A stretch of 64,000 nucleotides of DNA from Azolla caroliniana (taxonomy: Eukaryota > Plantae > Polypodiophyta): assembly GCA_043228905.1 (NCBI GenBank), contig JBHGNT010000008.1, positions 4,092,001 to 4,156,000 of the forward strand, in the 5' to 3' direction. Below are positions 53,351-64,000 of the stretch, piece by piece. Position 1 is the stretch's first letter, and each line of letters starts with the position of its first letter. The position numbers and the translations under genes are program-made. Under the pieces are notes generated by a model. It had not been told where the DNA came from. It searched no databases and saw nothing but the letters and a program-made list of their open reading frames with translations.

Positions 53351-55455
53351 GGCTGCTTTGGCCAATCTCTGCTTTCTTTTCCTTCTCTCTCTCCTTCTCC
53401 TTCCTTTTTTCTTTGCTGATTTGTGTCATCCTCAAATCCTTAGAGAATTGTGTGTTGTAGGAGACCACATAAATTTTGGGTTTCTCTCCTTTGGAAAGGG
53501 TTCCATTCACACCAGCCCCCAAGCCACATGAAAAAAAATATAAGAACCATCGACACTATCACACGCCACGTTCGAGTTTTAGCCATGGGGTTGAGCCATC
53601 CGCATCGGGGATTCCTAAACAAATATAAACTGAAAAACGCGGAAAAAAACTGATCGCCTTTCTCTCTGTTTCGCCAATGCCCACAAGCTTCTGTTATTTC
53701 CTCGCCTCCTCCCTATTCATTGACTTAATGTTGCGTTTGATCGAGGATTGCCGAATGTCACAAGCTTTATGAACTTTGACACTTGCCCCATCATTGTATG
53801 TCGCAACGGAACCATCTCTAGCTCCCCATCTTTTATTATCTCATCCCCACAAATCGAATACGAGTTTATATGGGGTTCTGCAAACTAGTTGTTGACCTTA
53901 CGGTCATAAGAGTGTTGTTGTTACCAACCCACTAGTTGGCCTACATCAACAATCACACAAAGGCATGTTAAAAAATGTCAAAGAGCCTATATTGCCTCAA
54001 AAATTCCATTGATTTGAAGAGGTTGAAGCTCCCAATTGCTAACTATAAATTAGTTACTATCTAGGATTGTGAAGATCTCAAGGAAGGTGCTCAACACATC
54101 TTAGTTCCTTTTCACATTGTTTGATTCCGAGAAAATATATAGCAATCTTGCAAGCATGCCAAAGGGTATATATAAAGGATGATTGCCTAGACACTTCTAT
54201 CATCAATCTTCTATGATTTTTTATTGCACTCTTTGTGTTTGTTAAAATGCATGTTTAAGTTGTGTTACAAAAGTATCTATCATTCTATGAAGTTGATGGG
54301 TGAGCGCAAACACATTGACATGGCTACCCATCATAATATAGTTGGATTATTCCACCACCTAATTGTTAAATATGTTGGTAGTTTTGCTTTTGTCGAAAGA
54401 CTGATTAATTGGGTCATGCCCATGTTACATTCAAACTAAGGCATGACAGAATTTTGACATGGGTTTTACATCAATTGAAAAAGTCACATGGGTGAGAAGC
54501 TTGCTTGGATTAAAACTCTATTCCACGAGGTGCAAGAGAGAAGCATATCGGCCTGCGGTGAATCTCTCAATCTTGCAATAATACTACAGAAATATGGAGC
54601 ATTTTGAAAATTGCCTGAATCTTCCTTCCCCCAAGTTTCATGTCCAAATGCCGGTGTGCAACTGAAACTCAACTAATTTTGCATACAAATCTTGACCAAG
54701 AATTAAGCTACATCTAATCTCGCTTTGCAAGCAAGTGATTTATTGCACATTCAGGGTAGGTCATATATTCAGTCTCTCAACAATACCCTGCAATTATAGA
54801 ATGTCGGTAAGCAATTTATTTAATTGCACATCTGTAAGTGATTTATGTCATTGCATGCCCATGAGCAAGACTCTAGAATTAGACCGAGTTCCAGCATGAT
54901 GGAGACTATATGTACCAAAGAATACAGATTGTCCAACTCATGTAGGTTATGATCTTTACTGGCCATGATCTTTAGTCATCACAATTCCTCTCCATCCAAT
55001 CGTGTCTATCACAACACATATATCAGAAATGCTCAAAAGTGCATTAGTTGTCCTAGCACTCTTCAATTATTAGCAGGGCATGTACAGAAAGCACTTGAGT
55101 GATTTCTCATCAAAGAGGAGTTCCAGGTGCCACAAGGTGTGGAAAAAAAATGCAAGATCTTTTGATATGCACACACATCAAGTTACCTTGGCACTGAATG
55201 TGTATCTGAACTTTCCCAATTGGGTCTATACAATGATGATAACCCATATGGTTATTAATGATGATAACCCATGCGTCGGGGTTCAGATCACACTAACTGA
55301 CAATATGACCTTGCCAAATGTAAGGATTGAACACATGACCTTCTCCTCTCCACTGGACAATCTTTCTCAGCTGACATGTGCTGATTTTGATTAGTATATA
55401 TTTGTTTACAATGTACAACTGGATGTCCATAGGGTTCTCTTACCATTCCCATCGC

Positions 55456-58400
55456 TTACATTGCAATCCCTTGTGTTCTATGAGAGTCTACTGAAAGATT
55501 GGACATCAAAATGAATGCTGCTGAATGCTCTTCATCCAAGCTCACTGCACCATCGAAGGCCTGTTTACCAATCTCAGCATCACCCCACTTGTGACAAGCA
55601 GCTAACATTGTGCTCCATACAACTAAATCTGGTTGAAAAGGCATATTCTCTAGCATTCTCACAGCCTCACTGAGTTGCCCAGCACGACCGAGAAGATCAA
55701 CTAAGCAATTCACATGCTCAATTGAAGGAGTGATTCTATATTCATTAATCATGAGTTGGAAGTACTTCTGTGCCTTATCCACTAGTCCTGCATGGCAGCA
55801 CACTGTGAGCACGTTCAAGAATGCAACTATATCTGGTTGAATACCATCTCTCCTCATTCTTTCAAACAATACAAGGGCCTGATGAGTCTCCCCATGGCGA
55901 GCATATCCTGTCAAGAGTGCATTCCATGCCACAATATCCTTCACTGGCATTGCTTCAAACAACTCTTGTGCATTATACATGCTTCCACATTTACTATACA
56001 TGTCAAGAAATGAAGTTGAGAGCACAATATCTTTTTTCCCCTCGATGTCACTGGAAAGTTGAGCATGAATCATCTTCCCTACATCTAAAGCGGCAGCATT
56101 ACCACATGCCTTCAAGATATTAGTGTAGGCCATACTATCTGGTGCCAACCCTTGTTCTTGCATTTCCAGGTAACAATGAAGGGCATGATCATTATCACCT
56201 TGTTCGATGTACAGCAATATCACTGTGTTCCAGGAAACTACATCAGCTGCCACGCCTTCACGCTGCATCCTTTGGAACCAAGTTAGTGCTTCATCCGTAA
56301 GCCCAATCTCAGCATATCCAGCACAAAGTGCATTCCATGAGAAAGCATCTCGTTCTGAAAGCCCGACAAAAACTACTTTTGCTTCCTCAATAGAACCACA
56401 CTTTGCATACATATCCACTAAGATGTTACCAACGAAGGAATCTGTATCGAAACCCTTCATAACAACATCATTATGGAAATCTTTGCCCTTCTTATCTGCC
56501 CCCATGTTTCCACAAGCTTTCAGGATATACATAAATGTAACTGTATCAGGAGGTACTTCTTCTGCTTGCATTTGCTCAAAGCAATGCAATGCTTCTTCAT
56601 GATGGCCATGCTCAGCATACCCTGAAATCAATGTGGTCCAAGAAATCACATCTCGACATGGTAATAACTTAAACACTACAGCAACATCTGAGAGTAATCC
56701 ACGTTTTGCATACATATCCAACAATGCGTTCCCAATCACAAGATTGATCTCTAAGCCTCTCTTCACAATTGTAGCGTAAAGTTCTTGACTCTTTTCTTTA
56801 TCTTCCATGTTTGTACAAGCTTTTAGACTACAAAGGTAAGCAAAAGTGTCAGGAGAAATACCATCCACCTCCATGCTTTCCAAAAATTTCAGAGCTGTTT
56901 CTTCAAACCCGTGTTCCACATACTTTGCAATCAGTATCGTCCATGAAACTGGATCAGGAGCATACAGTTTCTCAAATACATTCTCGGCATCTATAAGAGA
57001 TTCACATTTTGTGTACATGTCGATCAAACTGTTGCCAATAAATGTGTCTACTTCAAACCCCATTCTAATCATTTCATCATGAAACTCATAACCTTTATTT
57101 ATATTTCCAAGGATACCACAAGCTTTTAAACAAGATGTAAGTGTTATGTGGCTTGAAGGAACACCTTCGAGTTGCATTTGTTCATAGGAAAGGAGTGCCT
57201 CCTCCAAAAAACCATTATCAACATAAGCTCCAATTAACGCATTCCATGAAAAGACATCTCGAATCGGAAGCTCTTCAAACACCTCCAGAGCTTCAATTAA
57301 CAACTGAAATTTTCCATACATGTCGACCAGGTTATTTCCAATAAAGAGATCTTCCTCCAGTTGGTTTTGGACAATATTAGCATGTATTCTTTGGCCATGC
57401 TCTAGAGCTCCTATGCTCCCGCAAGACTTAAGAAAATAGATGTATGTGCCAGCATTTGGTGGCACGTTCTCTAATTGCATTTGTTCAAAACACTCCAACA
57501 CTTCCTCATGAAACCCATGTTCAGCATATCCTGATATCAATGAATTCCAGGAAACCACATCTCTACATGGCAGCTTAGCAAAAACATACTTAGCCTCGAT
57601 ATATGAGCTATGATTACCATACATCTCTATCAAACAATTAGCAACATAGGCATTTTTCTCTAATCCCACTTTGAGAGCATACACGTGTAGTTCTTGACCT
57701 GTTTTAAAAGATCCAATGCTAATGCAAGCTTTCAAGGTGCATACTAGAGTAACGGCATCAGGCATGAATCCTTCTAGCTTCATTTTCTCCATGCATTGCA
57801 GGGCTTCCTCGCCACGCCCATGCTCAGTATAAGCAACAATGAGTGTGGTCCATGTCACAACATCATGAACACGAAGATTATCAAAAATATCCCGAGCTTC
57901 TTCAAGTGAGCCACATTTGGCATACATGTCCACCAAAGCACTACACACAAATGCATCTTCTTCATAACCTTCTTGAGCAATTTCTACATGTACAGTCCTA
58001 CCTTTATCTATTTCTTCTAAGATCGTACAAGCTCTCAAGCTAGAGACTAATGTTGCTGAAGTTAAAGGGATACCATCTTGTTGCATTTTCTGGAAACCAT
58101 GCAAGACTTGGTCACCTAAACCATGTTCAGCATATCCTGTCAGAAGAGCATTCCAAGAGACAACATCTTGAACACACAACAAATCAAATACCTCCTTTGC
58201 ATCTTCAAGTAAGCCACATTTAGAATACATGTCAACCAAAATGTTGCCAATTAATGCCTCTCCATCAAAACCCTTTTTAACTACTTCGGAATGAAGACTT
58301 TGGCCCTTCTTTATATTTCTCAAACTACAACAAGCTTTCAAAGCACAAAGATATGTGAATACGTTAGGAGAGATATTGTCACTCTCCATCATTTCGATGC

Positions 58401-59373
58401 AATTTAATGCTTCGGCACTGAGACCATGATCCATGTAGCCTGTCAGCAGTGTTGTCCATACAACGACATCTCTTAGTGGTAACTCATCGAATATATCTTG
58501 TGCTTCTCGTAGAATTCCACATTTGGCGTACATATCAAGCAAAGAACTGGTGACAAACAAATCATTTTCAAACCCTTCCTTTGCTATCACAGAGTGGAGA
58601 TCTCGGCCTCGTTCTAGATCTCTTAAATTTTTGCATGCTTTGAGAAGACTTACATAAGTAAGATCATTGAGGGCCACTCCCTCATTTTGCATCTCCTGGT
58701 AGTAAACCAATGCTTCCTCGTTCAGATCATGATCAACATATCCTCCTATTATAGTGTTCCATGTAACCACATCTCGAACAAACATTTTTTTAACTGCCTC
58801 ACTGGCTTCCACTAACGAACCACATTTCACATACATGTCAACCAAGCTATTTCTTATGATGATATCGTTCTCAAATCCATGTTCAAAGATCTCATGCTCA
58901 ATTTCTCGACCTTTTTCAACACATTTTGCCTTCATACAAGATTTCAACAAAGCCATAAATGTGAACTTACTTGGAATTACACGGTCTTGTTTCATTTTCA
59001 TGTAGAGCTCAAAGGGATATGTTAAATAATCACCATGTTGTGTATATCCATGTATAATGGACGTCCAAGCGTACTCATTGTGATAAGACAATCTATGGAA
59101 AGCTCTATGAGCACTATCCATACATCTACATTCTACAAATAGCTGAATAAGATGGCTCCCGAGCTCAGGGTGGAATTCCATGCCGTGGGAACATAGTTGA
59201 CAATGGAGATTCTTGGCATGGATTAGATCTTTTCTTTTTTTGCAGGTCTGTAAGAGGTGGATAAATTGATCCATGGAGGCTTGATACTGATCCACATAAG
59301 ACAAGTCAGGCGAGATATATGGGGAAGTAGAAGCATGAGGCAGGGGCAGAGTACTCATCTTATGCATACCCAA
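55456..59373 (-). CDS. PLS-class pentatricopeptide repeat protein with E domain, no DYW (1305 aa)
   Basis: Single ORF of repeated P-L-S triplets (DVVSWN.LI.GY..HG / T....LKAC / N.LVDMY.KCG), then HVNCLVDLLGRAG and VWSTMLAAC..., ending in AAFILMSNL. Confidence 0.95.
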   Translation of the reverse strand: MGMHKMSTLPLPHASTSPYISPDLSYVDQYQASMDQFIHLLQTCKKRKDLIHAKNLHCQLCSHGMEFHPELGSHLIQLFVECRCMDSAHRAFHRLSYHNEYAWTSIIHGYTQHGDYLTYPFELYMKMKQDRVIPSKFTFMALLKSCMKAKCVEKGREIEHEIFEHGFENDIIIRNSLVDMYVKCGSLVEASEAVKKMFVRDVVTWNTIIGGYVDHDLNEEALVYYQEMQNEGVALNDLTYVSLLKACKNLRDLERGRDLHSVIAKEGFENDLFVTSSLLDMYAKCGILREAQDIFDELPLRDVVVWTTLLTGYMDHGLSAEALNCIEMMESDNISPNVFTYLCALKACCSLRNIKKGQSLHSEVVKKGFDGEALIGNILVDMYSKCGLLEDAKEVFDLLCVQDVVSWNALLTGYAEHGLGDQVLHGFQKMQQDGIPLTSATLVSSLRACTILEEIDKGRTVHVEIAQEGYEEDAFVCSALVDMYAKCGSLEEARDIFDNLRVHDVVTWTTLIVAYTEHGRGEEALQCMEKMKLEGFMPDAVTLVCTLKACISIGSFKTGQELHVYALKVGLEKNAYVANCLIEMYGNHSSYIEAKYVFAKLPCRDVVSWNSLISGYAEHGFHEEVLECFEQMQLENVPPNAGTYIYFLKSCGSIGALEHGQRIHANIVQNQLEEDLFIGNNLVDMYGKFQLLIEALEVFEELPIRDVFSWNALIGAYVDNGFLEEALLSYEQMQLEGVPSSHITLTSCLKACGILGNINKGYEFHDEMIRMGFEVDTFIGNSLIDMYTKCESLIDAENVFEKLYAPDPVSWTILIAKYVEHGFEETALKFLESMEVDGISPDTFAYLCSLKACTNMEDKEKSQELYATIVKRGLEINLVIGNALLDMYAKRGLLSDVAVVFKLLPCRDVISWTTLISGYAEHGHHEEALHCFEQMQAEEVPPDTVTFMYILKACGNMGADKKGKDFHNDVVMKGFDTDSFVGNILVDMYAKCGSIEEAKVVFVGLSERDAFSWNALCAGYAEIGLTDEALTWFQRMQREGVAADVVSWNTVILLYIEQGDNDHALHCYLEMQEQGLAPDSMAYTNILKACGNAAALDVGKMIHAQLSSDIEGKKDIVLSTSFLDMYSKCGSMYNAQELFEAMPVKDIVAWNALLTGYARHGETHQALVLFERMRRDGIQPDIVAFLNVLTVCCHAGLVDKAQKYFQLMINEYRITPSIEHVNCLVDLLGRAGQLSEAVRMLENMPFQPDLVVWSTMLAACHKWGDAEIGKQAFDGAVSLDEEHSAAFILMSNLSVDSHRTQGIAM

Positions 59374-60914
59374 AACTGTCTTTTGTTTCGCTTACTCTGT
59401 TCCCATGATTCCATCCATGGTTCCTTCAATGAACAAGATCACATTCCGTATACATATACATACTGTATACATACACATGTATATGTGTAAATATACATAC
59501 ATATATATACTGTATACATATACACATATACATACTGATACATACATACACATATACATATACATATACCTATACATATAGAAAGAAAGAAAGATATATG
59601 GAACAACAATTCTAGCTTCTTATCCATGACCATGGCTCTTTACAGATGGACCTTGTCATATCTCCACCTGGTTTCTGACAAGTTGTCCGGACGCGAACAC
59701 CGAAAGGATCATCCCACTAACTGCTTTGTAGAAGATAGGGTCGGGATTTTGTCGGAGCTAACATCGGCCGAAACATTCGTTTCAAGTCATATCCCCCCCC
59801 CCCCCCCCCATGTAGCTTTTCTTGTAGTGTGTTTGTGAACCTCAATTTCTAGGTCCTTGACAATTATGTCCTAAACATCCTTGTCGCCACAAGTATTCTT
59901 GGATGCTTCATATTGATGAGATTCAACCTCTTAACTAAAGCATATTCAATGGCACTATCCATAGATATATGATCCATAAAAAACTCGGATTTTACTATTG
60001 TTTAATATACCACATATTGCAGTTGTCCACATGGAGTTCTGGGCATGATTGATTTGGATATTGTCCATTTTCTTGCCATCCACAAAAACAATGAACTCAA
60101 TGCAAAACATTGGCTTAAGAGTGTCCTCTTTATTGGATTTGAGTTTCTACACATTCAAGGAGTGCAAGTTACGATTCGTTGTCGTACTCGATAATGATAT
60201 CATGCGTCTTTCTATAAAACACTCAAGGACCCTAGGAGATTTTGAAGTATCCCAAAATGTGAGGAGCGAACAATATACTTTGCTTGCTCTTTATAATCAC
60301 ATCGAAAAGTACGAGTCTTTATACTAACTTATCGAATCATCTTTACATTGCACAAGATACTTATTGTTATCAGGTGACAAACTCTTATTGAAGTATGATT
60401 TGGATATGGGCAAAAGAAGACTTCCAACTAAGAAATCATTTATGTGGCGACCATATGAATATGTACACATATGGTCATCCCATGTATTGCCTAATTATCG
60501 ATGTGTATTACGTAAGAAAAAGATGGTGTGTAGGTTTTAGGTGCATTACATTGAGATGGCCAAATTTCTTCCTCACACCAAGGTCATTATGCAAGATCAA
60601 ACCAATGTTTACTCTATTGGTAATGTGATATGTAAATATCATTGTCAACCACTCTTGTGCTATGAATGCTCATGTAGTTTTCTTGATCTCTTGCAATGTT
60701 AACTTAATTAATAGAAATATTCACGCAAATAAAGATTTAACCAACTCTATTAAACACATAAATTTTTAAGGAAAACTAATTATGGAATGTACACACACTC
60801 ATATTATGGAAGTTAATTCTAATACAAGATTAAACTAATGCCTATAACTAAAAGTACAATGAAGGAAAACCCAAACATTATTAGGTAATTTTCCATAAGC
60901 ATACACTTTCATTA

Positions 60915-61550
60915 TATCATTAACATAAACAACTTTTTGAGTTATCTTCGTTGCAACTACATCGTCACCATAAACGCAACTTACTCGTCATGTTGTTTTA
61001 TAGTTAACATACTTGACTTTTCAAAGAAAGTTTAGCAATAACAAGTTACTAGGTCACCACACACATCTCATCAATTAACAAAATAATGCCCTTGCTAACA
61101 TGCTAGCCATTTTGGGCGAAAGTTTAGCAATAACAAATTACTTGGTCACCAAATATATCTCATCAATGAACAAAAAATATGAATGTATCATTAACATAAA
61201 CAACTTTTTGACTTATCTTCGTTGCTACTACATCATCACCATAAGCGCAACTTACTCGTCATATTGTTTTATAGTTAACACACTTGATTCTTTTCGAAGA
61301 AAGTTTAGCAATAACAAGTTACTAGGTCACCACACACATCTCATCAATTAACAAAATAATGCCCTTGCTAACATGCTAGCAATTTTGGGCGAAAGTTTAG
61401 CAATAACAAATTACTTGGTCACAAAACATATATCATCGATGAACAAAGTAATGCCCTTGCTAACATGCTAGCCATTTTCGGCGAAAGTTTGTCAATAACA
61501 AGTTGCTTGGTCACCACATATATCTCATCAATGAACAAAGTAGTGCCTTT
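60915..61550. repeat. Tandem repeat (~271-bp unit x2 with ~90-bp subunits) between the PPR genes
   Basis: TATCATTAACATAAACAACTTTTTGA... at 60915 and 61186. GAAAGTTT..CAATAACAA...GGTCAC recurs five times. Confidence 0.85.
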
Positions 61551-61738
61551 TGCAATGAAAATATTGGCTTTGATAGTAAAATGGGTGAATGCAGGAAGTA
61601 CTGTCTCCAATTGTTACCATTATTAGCCATTCATATATTTGAGGGTTTTGGTCAAGTATGTATAGCAATTGTTTCAATTCAATTCAATTCAAGTAATGAC
61701 ATAGAGAAATCGAGAACCTAGGATCAGGATTCTTCTTG

Positions 61739-64000
61739 ATGGCAGTTGCCATGGATTTCTCTCCATCATATCATCATGTTTCAACGACCAACTACCATCA
61801 CCATCACCATCACCATCACCATCACCAATACCACCTGATGATGGTGATAAAGAAGAAGAGTGTCTTGACCATGAGGCCACCACATAATTCTTGTACTAGA
61901 TATTATCATGTACCTTCTTATTCTCAACACTACCTTCATGTTTCTCCTTCTTCTCCTTGTGATCAGAATGACTCAGATTTCGAGGGTTTATGCCGAAATG
62001 GACACATTCAAGAAGCTCTGCCTTTGTTATTCTTCCAGATTATGGATCCTCAATCAAGCCTTCTTCCTCCCCTGTTTCTTACTCTGTTCAGATCTTGTTG
62101 TAAGAAGAAATGTTTGCACGAGGCTAAGCTTGTGCATGCTCACTTGTTTAGCTACGGTTTGGAATCATTCACTTTCATTGGTGAAGGCTTAGTAGAAATG
62201 CTTGTAAAATGTGGTGGTTTTGACGATGCAATTCAAATGGTCTACGTTTTACCATATACAACTTCAAATACATGGACGAATTTGATCATTGAATATATTG
62301 AATCTGGGCAATCTCAACATGCTCTTAGAATGTATCAAGAAATGCAAGAAATGGTATTCACACAATCCATCAATCCGTATAATTATGTTAATATGTTCAA
62401 AGCATGTGCCAATGTTGCCGATCTCAAAATGGGCAAAGTGTTGCATGAAGAAGCATGGACTAAGACTTGGCTTAAAGTAAATGCATTTGTTGGGAGCACC
62501 ATTATAACGATGTATGGAAAGTGTGGGTGCATCATAGAAGCTAAAAAGGTATTTGATGAACTCTCAGAGCGAGATGTAGTGACATGGAATGCAATGTTGT
62601 CGGCTTATATTGAACAAGGTCAAGAAGAGGATGCATTGTTATTGCAACCCACAATGCAAAATGAAGGTGTGAGCTCTAATGAAAGGACCCTTGTGATTGC
62701 TCTACAAGCATGCTACATGATTGCAGATAAGACAATGAGAGATACCTCTCTGCAAGAGAAAGAAAACAAAGAAACGATTTTGAATGTGGGTCGAACATTG
62801 CATATGGATGCATGTTTCAAAGGATTTGAATTGGGTGTTTTTGTTGGCAATTCTCTCGTAAACATGTATGGAAAGTGTGGGCGTATCAGTGAAGCAGAGT
62901 ATGTGTTTAGATGCAATATGCCCATTAGGAATGTGGTGTCATGGACGTTATTGCTGTCAATCTATTTGGAGCAAGAAGAAGAAAATAAGGTACTGCTTGC
63001 ATACCGACAAATGCAAGAAGAGGGAGTGCAGCCAAACGAATGGACATTTTCTATTGTCTTTCAGGCATGCTGTATGCTTTTGGATAAGGAAGAAGTGTTT
63101 GTTGTGGTGAATCAAAGCATAAAAGTCTTTTCCTTGAAAATTGTCCAAGCTTTACACCAAGATGTACGAAGGAATGGCCTTCATTCGAATGTATTTATTG
63201 GAAGTAGATTAGTGAGTACCTATGGAAAATGTGGGAGTATAGTTGAAGCTGAAAATGTTTTTCAAGGATTGCAGCACCCCGATGCAATAGCTTGGAGTGC
63301 AATGATGGCAGCATATGTTGAAGTAGGTGATGGTGAAAGAGCTTTACAACTATTCAACCAAATTGAGGGAAAATATTTGATTCTTGATGAACAAATATTT
63401 GTGATTGCTCTTCAAGCATGTTGCGTACTTGCAGAGGGAAAAAATGTGGAGGCTCAGGATGATGCACGAATGAAAAAGTTGGCTTTGGAAATTGGTGAAT
63501 CGATATATGCTGATATTGTTAAAAGAGGATTGGATCTAGACACATTTGTAAGTAATGCCATTCTTAGTATGTATAGTAAGTGTGGGGTTCTTGAAGAAGC
63601 TGAGAATGTCTTTTATGGATCCTCTCCATGTGATGCAATGTTATGGATGTCCATGCTGTCAGCTTATGTACATCAAGATCAAGAAAAAGCCATAATGCTT
63701 TACCGACAAATGTCAGAAGAAGGATGTTTGGGTGATAATGGGCGGAGTTATGTAATGGCTCTTCAAGCATGTAACTTGCTCGGCGAAAAGGATAAGGATA
63801 CAGATATGATTATTCGACCTATCATGTCTATGGCTTTGGAAATTGGTCAGGGTCTACATGCTGATGCTACTAAGAAAGGCATGCTTTCAAATGTATATGT
63901 TGGAAGTGCTCTCATAGGTTTGTATGGCACATGTGGTGACATAGTAGAGGCTGAGAATGTGTTTAGTTGCTTATCTCTCTATGACATGGTGACTTGGAAT
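61739..64000 (+). CDS. PLS-class PPR protein, open to the window end, with loop-extended L motifs
   Basis: Manual translation from ATG 61739 (MAVAMDFSP...His run...LCRNGHIQEAL...) finds no stop up to 64000, which explains its absence from the ORF track. Repeated MYGKCG..EA..VF / DVVTWN / ALQAC motifs. Confidence 0.9.
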   Translation, partial: MAVAMDFSPSYHHVSTTNYHHHHHHHHHHQYHLMMVIKKKSVLTMRPPHNSCTRYYHVPSYSQHYLHVSPSSPCDQNDSDFEGLCRNGHIQEALPLLFFQIMDPQSSLLPPLFLTLFRSCCKKKCLHEAKLVHAHLFSYGLESFTFIGEGLVEMLVKCGGFDDAIQMVYVLPYTTSNTWTNLIIEYIESGQSQHALRMYQEMQEMVFTQSINPYNYVNMFKACANVADLKMGKVLHEEAWTKTWLKVNAFVGSTIITMYGKCGCIIEAKKVFDELSERDVVTWNAMLSAYIEQGQEEDALLLQPTMQNEGVSSNERTLVIALQACYMIADKTMRDTSLQEKENKETILNVGRTLHMDACFKGFELGVFVGNSLVNMYGKCGRISEAEYVFRCNMPIRNVVSWTLLLSIYLEQEEENKVLLAYRQMQEEGVQPNEWTFSIVFQACCMLLDKEEVFVVVNQSIKVFSLKIVQALHQDVRRNGLHSNVFIGSRLVSTYGKCGSIVEAENVFQGLQHPDAIAWSAMMAAYVEVGDGERALQLFNQIEGKYLILDEQIFVIALQACCVLAEGKNVEAQDDARMKKLALEIGESIYADIVKRGLDLDTFVSNAILSMYSKCGVLEEAENVFYGSSPCDAMLWMSMLSAYVHQDQEKAIMLYRQMSEEGCLGDNGRSYVMALQACNLLGEKDKDTDMIIRPIMSMALEIGQGLHADATKKGMLSNVYVGSALIGLYGTCGDIVEAENVFSCLSLYDMVTWN

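Noticed and set aside
61739-64000. Pseudogene call for the last PPR because the ORF track shows only fragments
   Set aside because: Manual translation shows one open frame that simply lacks a stop inside the window.

Overview
AT-rich, intron-containing land-plant nuclear DNA. The very long PLS-class PPR genes, one with loop-extended L motifs, suggest a fern (inference). The window opens with a complete, apparently very young Ty3/Gypsy chromovirus (9..7024, minus strand; identical 455-bp LTRs, CATGC target-site duplication, single gag-pol ORF). Genes that follow are an amino-acid permease (AAP), an ARID-domain gene, a DUF707 gene, a multi-exon gene whose C-terminus resembles the SPIDR/DUF4502 domain, LHCA5 with a 5-kb TE-filled first intron, and two divergently transcribed PLS-PPR genes. 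Interspersed are decayed L1-like and RTE-like LINE pieces, a copia fragment, a non-autonomous hAT element and scrambled intronless Rab-GDI fragments. The most interesting unexplained structure is the retrotransposon's 1.7-kb leader: five regularly spaced RNA hairpins with strand-specific G-U/compensatory pairing, inside a predicted intron bounded by a splice donor after the PBS and an acceptor 12 nt before the gag ATG. All alignments and folds were done by eye; no searches or computations were run.
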